NCBI GenBank assembly: GCA_013265495.1
Contig: MU058532.1
Span: 62,001 to 113,329 of the forward strand
Source: Vicugna vicugna
Lineage: Eukaryota
Direction of reading: 5' to 3'
Length of the DNA stretch: 51,329 nucleotides
Shown here: piece by piece, positions 26,601 to 38,280 of the stretch
Position numbering within the stretch: position 1 is the first letter of the stretch
Layout: each line of letters opens with the position of its first letter
Notes under the pieces: generated by a model
Database searches by the model: none
What the model was told of the DNA's origin: nothing
Seen by the model: the letters and a program-made list of their open reading frames with translations, nothing else
Made by a program: the position numbers and the translations under genes

Positions 26601-29600
26601 TTCTTTCAAATCTAAACGCCAAAGGCTAACACTTCAGGGCTCGTGCATGTAATAGTTGGCTTTGGCTTCTCTGTGTCCTACTGCTCTATTTAATACCATA
26701 CAATTAATCCTTTGATATACAGTGTGCAATCACCTTAACACTAGCTTAGAAGAAGCAGTTGCTAGAAAGCAATGACACTGTGTCAGATACAAAGTCATTG
26801 ATACAGTGTCTGCACCCAGGAAGAGGGAGGACTACACCCCTCAGGTTCCAAACCCCACAGAGGCAATCTAAAAAGAACCATAAATTGTCTCCCACCTGGA
26901 AAAGAGGAGGAAGACTATTCTGATAAGGTACTTGGAGAGGGAAGTGACATTCTACTTCACCCACTCCCGTATTATTTCTTTGCCTTAGTAAAGAAGCTTC
27001 TGGCAACAAAACTGCACTGCTTAGATAAGTCCTCTTTATGTCTTGGTGGTCTTGTTTTTTCTAAATGTTACATATGTCCCCAACTAGGCAGAAACTGTGT
27101 CTTTATATTGCTGTGATACTGAAGCCACAACTTTGAAAGTCACTAGCAATATTGTAATCAACAAAACCAACAGCCTTTTCCAGTTCTTAATCCAATTTGA
27201 ATCTGATACTGCTGATTATCTTCCCTTCCCCGACACTGTGCCATAAGTTTCATTTTCGTATCTGTGCCCCAAAGTTCTTTGTAATACCATCAACATCTTA
27301 AGGGCAAATACTATGTTCAAGACCAGAAATATCTGAGAGCCTCTGTGTGGCAGATAATAAGAACATAGAAGGTGAATAACACATGTCCCTGTGATTTATT
27401 CTTTTTGTATGTGCACCGTAGCTATTTACACTGTAGATGATCAATAAATCTCTTAAAATAGATTAACTGATTTAAGCAGCTTATAATGTTCTACTAAAGA
27501 GAAAAATCCATGCAAAGAAACAAGAGCTTTGCCATCTTTTTTAAAACTGTGAAACTAAAACATGGAAAAAGGGAGATAATGTGAAATGTTTTCACATCAA
27601 GTGCTTCCAGTGGGGAACAGATTTAAAACTCCCTGATCCCCATATTGGGAGAATAAATGCCCTTACAAAAGTTGTTCTCACTGCATTTTGAGTTTCACTG
27701 TTTATAACTCACACTTTTCCTTACAATTCCTTTCATTTTTAAGAGCCAAGCCCACAGCATCAAAAAAATCTGCCTTGGAAAGAAATACAGCCAATTACAT
27801 TCAGATGGTTGAAATTTAGATGGTGCTTATTTTCTTCTTGAGGAGGAGTTAGAAATCCTTTGTTCCATGAATGGAGGGAAGGATCTGAAAACAGGAAGAT
27901 TTAGTGGGCAGGCAAGAGTCCAAGGCTGCTGGACTCTATTTCTCAGTTAAGTAGGAGAGAAGGTCATCTTCTAGGGATGAAGGAGGCAGGCTTGAGTGAC
28001 AGGTTTGAGGACCCTTAAGATTTGAATTATTCATTCAGGGGAGTGGAAGGCAGGGCTAAGGACAAACAAAAGAAATTGAAAACCCAGGCCTTTAGTAAAA
28101 TGCAGAAGAAGTAAAAGTTGGAAATACAATGCTGCTATTGCCATGACCTGATCAATGTCCAGTATTATAAATCAGTTAAAATATATAAGGGGGGGTCTTT
28201 GTGTGGAAATGTGATACAGCAATAAAACGATGTTTCTAAATATAAAAGTACAGAAAATATTAAAAGAAACAAGCAAATAAGCCTACACATTCAAGTTTTG
28301 TTATTTTTGATATACATTAATGAAGAAGACTGTAAAAAACAAAAACAAAAACAAAAACAGCAGCATGGTACTCAGGAATAATGGAGTTCAGGTCCCCCGA
28401 GGGTGGGCCGTGAAACCTATCTGCCTAACTGAAGATGAGTCTTGTCTGGTGCTTGCCAAATGGTAATAATTTCGAGGCTGTGGGTCGGGAAGTAATGAAA
28501 ACAGAGAAAGACAAAAAGAATGTCTCTGATAAAGCTCTTCCTTTTTGGCAGTTTGCAGGAGTTATCAGAAATTGCAGTATCACTAATGCCACAGCCTCCC
28601 CAATCAGAACTAAATCAAAAAAATTTTAATCACAAACTAATCAGTGAAAGTGGCCAAAACAATATGTCTGTCAAAACTTCTGTAAAGCCATCAAAACCTA
28701 AAACTACCTGAACAGAATCAGGTATTTACAAGTCACAAATTAGCTTCAATGTATATGGATACCGGAGACGGTGGTAAGACATCACAAAAAGTATTACTAG
28801 TGAACCACCAATCAAGAACACTGTCAACTTGGTTATGACATATAATTATATAAATCCTGGAACCTAGGGATGCTTATGTGGCCAAAACAGAGTAGGCTCT
28901 CAGTAAAGTCCATAAAAAAAAGGAATGGGTCTGATATGAAAAATGTCTCATGAGCAGGGGGAGAAATGCATTAGGAAAAGGCAGATCTATACATCCTGGC
29001 TCCTCCTCCCAGGCTTAAGTTCTCAGTAAATCTGCTAAATAAAACGTAATTCTCAACTTTCAAGTTGTATGTATTTTTTTTCAGTTGACATCTACTCAGC
29101 TCTAAATTATAGTTAACTAATAGCAAGAGGAAATATTCTTGTCCATTGAACTTTGTATTGAATACCCCTCCTTGAAAAAAGCCATTTTGCAACTATTTGT
29201 AAGTTCATTTCCTATTCCTGATTTCAGCAATGTAAGTGAGCACTTAACATTGTCCTTTAAACAGGTTCTGACACCTCTGTGTCCCCCTCGTTAATTAATG
29301 TGTCAATAAAATCTTTGGCATGTCTTCATTCTGTATTTGTATGTGACTTACAACTTACACATTTTTAAGAAAATACATGGTTTTACTCTTTGGAAAGTGC
29401 ACTTCCTTTTAGGGAACAGAGAGGCCTTCCTCTCTGCCATTCTTAGCTGAAGACCACACTGAATTCGGTGTAAAGTTTATTGCATTGGCATGGCCTCACT
29501 GAACACTGCCTGAAATTATATGTTGATTTGTTGATCATTTATCTCCTCCACAAAAATGTAAATTCTAGAAGAGCAAAGACTTCGTTTACTTCTGCAACAT

Positions 29601-29976
29601 TGAAGGAGTTATCCACGGACAATTATCCTAGATTGAATAATACTTCCAAACTATCTGGGAGGCTATAGTTAAGCTGAGCTACACTAAAGGGTGGAATGGG
29701 GTGGTAGCAAATTACCTCAGAATGAATTATGCCATTTCTCCACTTACCAGGTGTAGACTAACAATACCACCCCCCTGCCACACACACAAAGTTCTATAGC
29801 CCTTCCTGTGTTCTATGCACGGGTCCAGTGGCCTTGTTTATTTTGAATCATTTCATCCTTACAACAGCACTATAAGGAAGATACTTTTATATTATTTAAC
29901 TCCACAAGGAAGTTAAATTCTATGTCCAAAGTTACAAAGCCAGTATTTGTCAGAACTGAGATTAAAACTTACCACA

Positions 29977-30135
29977 CCAGTTTCCAAACTCGGCAGCACA
30001 TTAGACTCCCCTGAGGATCTTTAGAAACCGCTGATACCTGGCTACTACCCGCAGGCATCCTGATTTAATTGTTACGGGTCAGACCTGGGCATTGGAAATA
30101 GAAAAAGCTCTCCAGGTGATTCTCATGTGCAGCAC
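29977..30135. mobile_element. hAT MITE (MER5A1-like)
   Basis: 'cagtttccaaactcggcagcacattagactcccctg...tgatttaattg...cctgggcattgg...aaagctctccaggtgattctcatgtgcagc'. Confidence 0.7.
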
Positions 30136-30996
30136 TATGTTATTCTGTCTTGATATAAAATGTGGCAGACAAAAAAAAATACCATATAATCAAATAAAAA
30201 CAATAAGATAGAATAGAAAGGTACGATGGGGGAAAGTTATCTGGTTCATCTATATAAGCCAAAATCAATCCATATTCCAAATAAATTATATTTAACATAG
30301 CATCAGACCAGCTCTTAATGTCTGCTTTCCCTGTGCTAGGACTCTGTGAAATGGACCATGAGATGGTGGCTAAATGTCAATCACTAGAGAGCATACTACT
30401 TGTGTATTAAGGGAGAACAATATGATCACCGAAGCTTTGTCTGGATAATTTTTATCTAACATGCACACCACCTTGGGGGAGAAAATAATTTTTAGATACT
30501 ATTAGCAAACAGCTTATCCTTTCTGGTGTTGTTATTTCTAGGGGAAAGTCATACAGAAACACCCACAATAAAAGAAATTACGGCAAGTTTGAAGCTCTTC
30601 AAATAGCAAAGTTTAACCTACTTTTCTCTTTTAAATAATGGCTTCATCTTACTCACGTGACTTTAGCATATTTTTATTGAGGATATACCACAGGATGGGG
30701 ATATAAGAATGAACAAGATACTGTGTCTCCTCTGTAGTTTTTTACAGTCTGGAGGGGAAAAGATAGGAAGCCATCGTGGTCACTATGGGAGAGATAATAT
30801 CTGCTGTCACAGGGTCACGAGGGTGTTATGGACGCATGGAACAAGAGCATCTAATCTACAGCATAGGTTTCCCAGGGGAGGGGACACCTAAGCTGATAGT
30901 AGACGGAAACTAGGCTGGGAACGAGAAAGGCTGAGCCAAGTCAGAGGCAATAGTGTGGAACAAGTGTAGTGGAGAGGGAGGACAGAGTAGGGGATG

Positions 30997-31565
30997 TTTG
31001 TGTAGCAGAAATGGTCATGGCCCTGCCAGGGACTACATTTCCTAGCATCCCTTCTCCAGCACCCCTTATGTCCAAGTGGCTGTGTGAATAGTTATTACCA
31101 ACTGAACGTGAGCAGGAACAACCTGAGTCAAACTGGGCCAGGGGTTTTAATAAGAGTGGGGTGGTTCCCCCCACAACGTCTTTGCTCTCCTTTTCCCTCA
31201 TTCTCCGATGGCTGAGTGCAGAGAACTCCGAGGCCCTGGGGCATGGCAGAGTCCCAAGATGGGACCGTCAAACAGAGGAAAGCCACAGGGTGACACTGGA
31301 TGGTAACACAAACAAGGAAATTTTTTTTTTTTTGCTTGGGGTGGAGAGGATTCAGCTAGTTTGTTTGTTTGTTTGTTTGTTTGTTTGTTTATTTATTTAT
31401 TTATTTATTTATTAATGGAGGTATTGAGGATTGAACCCAGGACCTTGTGAGTGCTAAGCACTTGCTCTACCACTGAGCTATACCCTCCCCACCCAGAAAT
31501 GAACTTTAATGGTTTAAAACAATACTGTTTTGTGGTTCATTTATTATAGCAGCTAGCATAATCCC
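30997..31565 (+). mobile_element. Old MaLR (MLT1-type) LTR interrupted by a SINE
   Basis: 'ggactacatttcctagcatccctt...gtggctgtgtgaatagtt' and terminal 'ttcatttattatagcagctagcat'. Confidence 0.55.
31321..31492 (-). mobile_element. tRNA-derived SINE (Vic-1-like) with (TTTG)n(TTTA)n tail
   Basis: Reverse complement of ggggagggtatagctcagtggtagagcaagtgcttagcactcacaaggtcctgggttcaatcctcaatacctcc. Confidence 0.88.
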
Positions 31566-32149
31566 AATCTGAAAGAAATTTAGTACAGGTAGAGAAATGG
31601 GGGTCAGGGGAGTGTTGGGGAGAGGAATGGGAAGAGAAGAGTAAGAGCTGAGGTGAAACAGGAGAGCCTGTGCCAGATCAAGAAGATCTGATAAGTGCAG
31701 GAGAAAGTTGAGAAAGGTTTTGGCATGGACCGAAAAGCCAACTGGGTATGCTGTCTAAGTCACCCTTCTGGATGATCTGATTCTAGGGTCTTTGTGCCTT
31801 TCTTTGCCTTTGGAGTTATTTAAAGCTTATAAATTATAGATAACTGATAGCAAGGTATCTTTTGTCTATAAATCTGAAGATGAATTCTGATCCACGGAGG
31901 CACATGCATTTTCCCAGCACCCATGGGAAAAGCCAGTTTTGCATCTATTTGTAAATTATTTCAACATTTCTGATTGACCTATGTAGGTGTGGTATTTTGA
32001 ATTCTATTTTGAACTGGTTGTAATGTACTACTGGTTCTCTCATTAAATAAAGGAATAAATAAAATCTTTGACACGTGTTAAGTGTATATTTGTATGAGAG
32101 TCATGATTTTATTTTTCTAAAGTAATATTCTTTAACATAAGCTATTTCA

Positions 32150-32454
32150 GACTTCATGTGAAGTATGAGAGACCATTGAAGGGTTTTAAGCAAGGGAGTT
32201 GCATTATCAGATTTGCACTTTGGAAAGATTATTCTGGATGTAGTATGGGGAATGAATTAAAGTGGGCATACTGGAGAGAGGAGTCTGTCAAAGAAATATA
32301 TGTGTGACTGATAGTGGCATAAACTAAGTAAGATGGTGGCAGTAGAATGGAAAGGTATAGATATGAGATATTTTTATTCAGGAGGTGTAATTGACAGAGT
32401 TGGTGACAGAAGGGATGAGAGTGGGGAACAGAGAAAGAAGTCAAGAATGGCTTC
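32150..32454. mobile_element. L2 fragment
   Basis: 'ccattgaagggttttaagcaagggagtt...atcagatttgcactttggaaagattattctgg'. Confidence 0.65.
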
Positions 32455-32976
32455 TGCACTATTTACAATAGCCAAGACATGGAAACAACCTAAATGTCCA
32501 TTTACAGATGACTAGATAAAGAAGTTGTGGTATATTTATACAATGGAATACTACTCGGCCATAAAAATAATAAAATAATGCCATTTGCAACAACATGGAT
32601 ATAACTGGATAATGTCATTCTAAGTGAAGTAAGCCAGAAAGAGAACGAAAAATACCACATGATATCACTTAAATGTGAAACCTTAAAAAAAAAACAAAAA
32701 AATAAACTTACTTACACAACAGAAACGGACTCACAGACAGAAAACAAATTTATAGTTACGGGGTAGGGGGAAGAGCATGGGAAGGGATGAATTGGGAGTT
32801 CGAGATTTGCAGATACTACCTAATACATATAAAATAAACAACAAGTTTATACTGTATAGCACAGGGAACCATATTCAATATCTTGTAGTAAGTAACTTAT
32901 GGTGAAAAAGAATATGAAAACAAATATATGTGTGTTCCTATATGACTGAAGTATTGTGCTGTACACCAGAAATTGA
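32455..32976 (+). mobile_element. Lineage-specific L1 3' fragment lacking its terminus and polyA
   Basis: 'gcactatttacaatagccaagacatggaaacaacctaaatgtcc...gagttcgagatttgcagatact...gtacaccagaaattga'. Confidence 0.88.
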
Positions 32977-34083
32977 TCTATAGCCCAGATAAACAAAAGC
33001 TCTTTGGTGTCCCCTATAATTTTTAAGAGTGCAAAGGGTTCTAAGACTAAACAGTTTGAGAACCATTAATCTAAGCCTTCCAACCAGCACAGTGGACAAT
33101 GATTACTGATACTTGGAATGGTGACTTTGAGGAACTAAGAGCTGATACCATCCAATTTTTTTAACAGAGAAGGAAAGCAGATTTAAGGTTTTCAAAATTC
33201 TTAATACTGTGGGTTTATACAGTTCTTACATTAATTTCAGTTTAGATTATTGGCTAATGAGTGTTTGCCCAGACAAGAAACTTCTTGTCTGAATTTGCTT
33301 CTTCACTTGTACAATGGAAGTAAGATTTGCTTCCTAATGAAGGTTTAATTTCTTTACTCTCCTGAAAACAAGAGGCAATCAGGCCTTGAAATATTTGTAC
33401 CACAATTTAATTATCCACCTCCAATCCCTCAAAGTATTTCTTGTCTCTTAATATTGGTAATTATCTCCTTTAGCCAAATTAAATGTGTGATTTTTATTTT
33501 TAATTGCTCCAGGGCATTGGAAGGAGTAATTGTTAAGTGTTGCCTAAGTACCGTGAAGATGAAAAGTGCTACGTAATTATCACCGTGGGAAAGTGACTTT
33601 TCCATGCACTTGGCTATAATCACTAATTGGGCTTGTGCGGTTAAATTTTAACCTTCAGGACTTCTGGGATGAACATGGTGACATAGGTTTAGCATCTTTC
33701 TGTTTTTACTTCTTTAAGTTATATAAAAGCTTCAAGAATTATGACCAAATCAGTGAACTTGATGTTCAGCAAAATTGGGAGGAGATGAAATCCACAGCCT
33801 TCAACATATGAATCAGCGCAGCTAAGAGCGGCTGAAATCAGACAGAAGCCATAAAGGAGGAGGTAGTGAAGCAATGGGAGGCCCAAGCAGCAACAGAGTC
33901 CAGAAAGGATCAGCAAACATAGGCTTCCTAAGATGAGGGAGTCACCCTGAAGAGAAGGTACGTGTTTCCCCTTGTCGATGGACTTGAGTGAGCAGGACTG
34001 GAGGTCACAGTCCTGGAATCTGACTTATTTCAGAATAGCGGAGAAAGATGTCAACACAAATAATTAAACTGAGAAGCCATAGG

Positions 34084-34275
34084 CATTAGTCCACTAGAGC
34101 TGCCATAACAAAGTAACACAAACTGAATGGCTTAAACAACAGAAATTTTTGTCCCATGGCTCTGGTGGCCAGAAGTCCAGAGTCCTGCCAGGGCTTGGTT
34201 CCTTCTGAGGGCTGTGAGGGAGAATCTGTTCCATGCCTGTCACCTAGTTGCTGGCGACTTGCTGGCAATCTTCTG
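34084..34275 (-). mobile_element. MaLR LTR fragment (MLT1C/B-like)
   Basis: 'gctgccataacaaagtaacacaaactgaatggcttaaacaacagaaattt...ggttccttctgagggctgtgagggagaatctgttccatgcct'. Confidence 0.75.
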
Positions 34276-36876
34276 GACGTAGGGCAGTGGTCCTTTCAGA
34301 AGGTACACTTTCCAGCAGGATCCAGAGCAGGCAGACCCGAGGACATGCCCTTTCCTGGAGACTCGGTTTCTGTTGATGCAGCAAAGCTGAACAGACAATC
34401 CACATCAAGGTAATAATGACTTAAGTCCCCCCACCTCCTGATTGGTGTTTCAAAAAAGGAGGCTGGGGTGGGTACCACTTAACTCCATTGAAATTAAGCT
34501 AGCTATCATGGTAAAATTTTAGTAACATTTTTAGGTAAAACTTCCCCCTCTGGAAAAGCATCAAGGGAGATGCTTGGAAAAGCTAGCTGGTTACTTTTGC
34601 CCCTGACATCACAAAATTGGTTAGAGAAATGGGAAGTGGCAAGGGGCCTCAGTAAGCATGGTGGAGAGCTGGCCTCAGTAAACCTGCCATGGGCACTTGC
34701 CAAGGGGCCAGCTGGCCGTGGTGGGGTGATGCAGCAGAACACCCCGAGGAAATTGGCATGAACATGCAACCTGGCTTGGCTGCCATGCAGATGCCCTCCT
34801 CCTCCAAGTGCTTCAGAAGCAGCCGTCACCAGGCCTCCTGCCCTCTGTCATTGGCAAAAGGCCCAGCCAGTGACTGCCAGCAGGAGAGAGGAAGAGGAGG
34901 GGTGCAGGTAGTGAACAGCCATCTTCCCCAACCGGCTCAGCCCACCGGGATCTTCTCCTCCCCTGAGCTCTCCAGCCTTGATCACCATGGCCAGGGCTGT
35001 CATGACACACAACTCCAGAGGGTGCCATTCCCATGCACAGCCAGGCTGGTTCTGTTCAGTATCGGTGTATGAGCTTGTCTTAACTACCTCGGCCAGACAG
35101 CTCCCGGCAGACCTCTTTAAATACCAAGACACCTAGCGCTGAGCCCAGCTTGGTAAACATTTGCTAATGGATGGGCCATCCCGAAATGGGGTCATCAACC
35201 CTGAATCACAGATAAAAGAACTGTTTAGTCTTGGAAAAGCATCTGTTTTAGAGCTCTGCAAACCCACTGCTGCCCAGCTTTGGCATCTGGTATGAACATT
35301 AGTCATTCAGAAATGTGACCTTTTGTGACACAGGGTGTTTCCGAGCAGCAGTGTGACCTGACCCACGGTGGCTTTCTGGCCTAGCTAGCGTCCTCCCTAA
35401 AGGGGTTCGGTTTTGAACAGGGATTTCACGAGCCGCAGGCAGAGCTGATGCACCCTGCAGAGTCCCGAGTGGGCTTGGGATTAGCCATGCTCATAACCAC
35501 TGTTTACGCAGCCTCCGAGCAGGCCCAGGCTCACGTTTCTCCCAGAGGCCCATGGTATTTCTCTCTGTGATTTTTTTTTTAAGCATGAGATCTCAACCCC
35601 ATACTTGAATACTTTTCCTCTAATGTAAGAGTCTGAGCAGCTAAATGATGCCTTACTGGGCCCTCTCAAGCCTGCCTACCTTCCATCTGGCAATGAGTGC
35701 ACAGTATGAACGCTTTCAGGCACTGTCACAGCGCTGCCTGGACGCTGGGCTGCCCTGCTGGAATCAACTGTAAGTGATTGGAAAACAATGAGGGGGAAGA
35801 AAAAACAAAAAAACAAAGGTGCTGAATTGAGAATTAGAGGACTGGAGTTTTAGTCAGGAGCTTGCTGGATGGCCCTGAGCTGGTGATTTCTCTGTGCTCC
35901 ATGTTGCTATTTGTAAGATGGAACAAGAGAAGTGTCATCCCCTGCCATCCACAGGACTCCTGTCCCGAGCCCTGTGCCCCTCTTCAGATGAGAACTGGGA
36001 GGGTGGGATGGGACAGGCCAGCATCGAGCCTCCTAGCCCTTCCCTGGCACCCTTTGCATGGATGACTAGGGTGGGGATGACACCTTGGTCACAGGACAGA
36101 GGTGGTTACATTTTTTCAGGTCAGAGACTGAGTTTGGAATTGTTCTCATGGCATAGTGCCCCAGATCTCTGATTCCTAAACTAATTATTGAGATCAATGA
36201 ATTGATTCTTCTTTTCCAAGAATGCCAGTCTCCAAATGCCCAAGGGTGAGGGGGCGGCCTTTAGAGTCTCCAGCTCCCTGGGAGGACAGTGGGGGCACAA
36301 GCACCATCTCAGGAGACCTGGGCCTGGCTTCAGCTCCAGTTCTACCCTGAACTCACAGAATGACATTGAGGAACTTCTTTCCCCTCTAGGGCCTCAGTTT
36401 CCCCAACTGTGCAATTAGGGGTAGACTGAAAGAGTCCCAGGGTCCCTCTTGACTATGAGGTTTGAGGCTGTTTGCATTTCCTTCTCCATCAGGCCTTTTT
36501 CCTCCTTCTTTCCTCATCCTCTCAATCTTCTAATTCTTTCCCCCATTCTTGCTGGAGATCTTGGTTCTTTTTCTGGCTGGTCTTGGCTGTTCTACTGATC
36601 TGGGCTCCATTTTTCTCCATAGACAATGAGAATTTGATTCAGAGTGTCTAAAGGCTTACCCAGCTCTGATACTCTGGTTGTCCTGCGATGCCCTGGGGTA
36701 AAGTCCCACCTGGTACACAGCTGGAAAGTGCTAGATAGTCTGGGCTGGGCCTCTCCATTCACCCATCACAGGGGGATTTATCCCTTAGGTGCCCCAGCTG
36801 CCACTTCACTGACTGGTCCAGATTTCTCAGGAGGACTTTGTGAAAATGTCTTAGACTGAGGTCAACAGGCAGAATC

Positions 36877-37273
36877 TGTTGCAATGGCTTTTTTTATGTG
36901 TCAGCTTAACAGCCTCCATTTACTCAATCAAACGCAAATCTAGGTGTTGCAGTGCAGTTATTTTATAGATGTGATTAAAGTCCATAATCAGTGGACTTTA
37001 AGTAAAATAGATCATCCTAAATAATCTGGGTGGGCCTATTTCAATCAGCTGAAAGCTTCAAGTGCAGAGCTGAGGCTATGAAGAAGAATTCTACCCGTAG
37101 ACAGTAGCTTCCATCCATGTCCCTGAATTCCACCTGCCTTCCTTGATGGCTTACCCTACAGATTTCAGCTCTGCCCAGCCAGTACCCACAGTCACTAAGC
37201 CAGTTCCATGCAATAATTCTCTTGATAAATACTTCCTACCCATTCTGTTTCTCTGGTTGAACCCTGCCCAATA
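36877..37273 (+). mobile_element. ERVL solo LTR (MLT2D-like)
   Basis: 'ttttatgtgtcagctt...tctaggtgttgc...tagatgtgattaaagtccataatcagtggactttaagtaaa...ctgggtgggcct...tctgtttctctggttgaaccctg'. Confidence 0.75.
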
Positions 37274-37693
37274 GCTTGTTCTATGCCACCTCTGGTCTGA
37301 CCAGTCGCCTCTAGGCTATTTCTGAAAAATATGAAATGGGGCTCCCTAATTTTTTAGTCCAGACCTTCATGACCTTGACAATGTGTATCAAGCATTTCCT
37401 ACCTAGGCAGAATTAATTTACCCTGACTCAGTCACAATCTGGCCAAGGTAAAATGAGGCTCCTGAATGCTTTGCCTTCGCTGATATTTCAATCTCTCACT
37501 TGTGCTTTTACTTGATTTACTTGATTTTTACTTGATCTTGGGATTCTTTGCACATTTTGTTCACCTGATGTTACTTTTAATGGTAAGATCTTCTAAATAC
37601 ATCTTACTGAGAAAGGGGAAAGTGGTTAGAGTACAAGCTTAGCATGTACAATGTCCTGGGTTCAATCCCCAGTACCTCCATTAAAAATGAATA

Positions 37694-38280
37694 GATTCTA
37701 CATATGAGCAATCTCATATGGTAGTTTTCTTTCTCTTTCTGCCTTATTTCACTTAGAATGACATTCTCCAGGGACATCCATCTTGCTGCAAATGGCATTA
37801 TGTTGTCATTTTTATGGTTGAATAGTATTCCATTGTATAAATTTACCACATCTTTATCCAATNNNNNNNNNNNNNNNNNNNNNNNNNNNNNNNNNNNNNN
37901 NNNNNNNNNNNNNNNNNNNNNNNNNNNNNNNNNNNNNNNNNNNNNNNNNNNNNNNNNNNNNNNNNNNNNNNNNNNNNNNNNNNNNNNNNNNNNNNNNNNN
38001 NNNNNNNNNNNNNNNNNNNNNNNNNNNNNNNNNNNNNNNNNNNNNNNNNNNNNNNNNNNNNNNNNNNNNNNNNNNNNNNNNNNNNNNNNNNNNNNNNNNN
38101 NNNNNNNNNNNNNNNNNNNNNNNNNNNNNNNNNNNNNNNNNNNNNNNNNNNNNNNNNCAGTGAAAAATGACAATGAATATATGTATGTTCATGTATAACT
38201 GAAAAATTGTGCTCTACACTGGAAATTGACACAACATTGTAAACTGACTATAACTCGATACAAAAAATGTTTAAAAAAAT
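37694..38280. mobile_element. 5'-inverted L1 insertion: minus-strand ORF2 end, gap, plus-strand 3' UTR and polyA
   Basis: The left part encodes, on the minus strand, …NIMPFAARWMSLENVILSEIRQKEKENYHM (L1 ORF2 C-terminus). The right part is a plus-strand L1 3' end. Imperfect TSD taaaaa(t)gaata. Confidence 0.75.
37863..38157. other. Assembly gap (295 N)
   Basis: Run of N. Confidence 1.

Noticed and set aside
37505..37540. Short direct repeats (tttacttga x3; also gacaatgaatca x2 at about 20469-20495)
   Set aside because: Local slippage duplications without spacer structure; not CRISPR-like, and the context is mammalian.
37604..38232. Long ORFs spanning the N run
   Set aside because: Artefacts of the assembly gap; the real residues are L1 ORF2 remnants.
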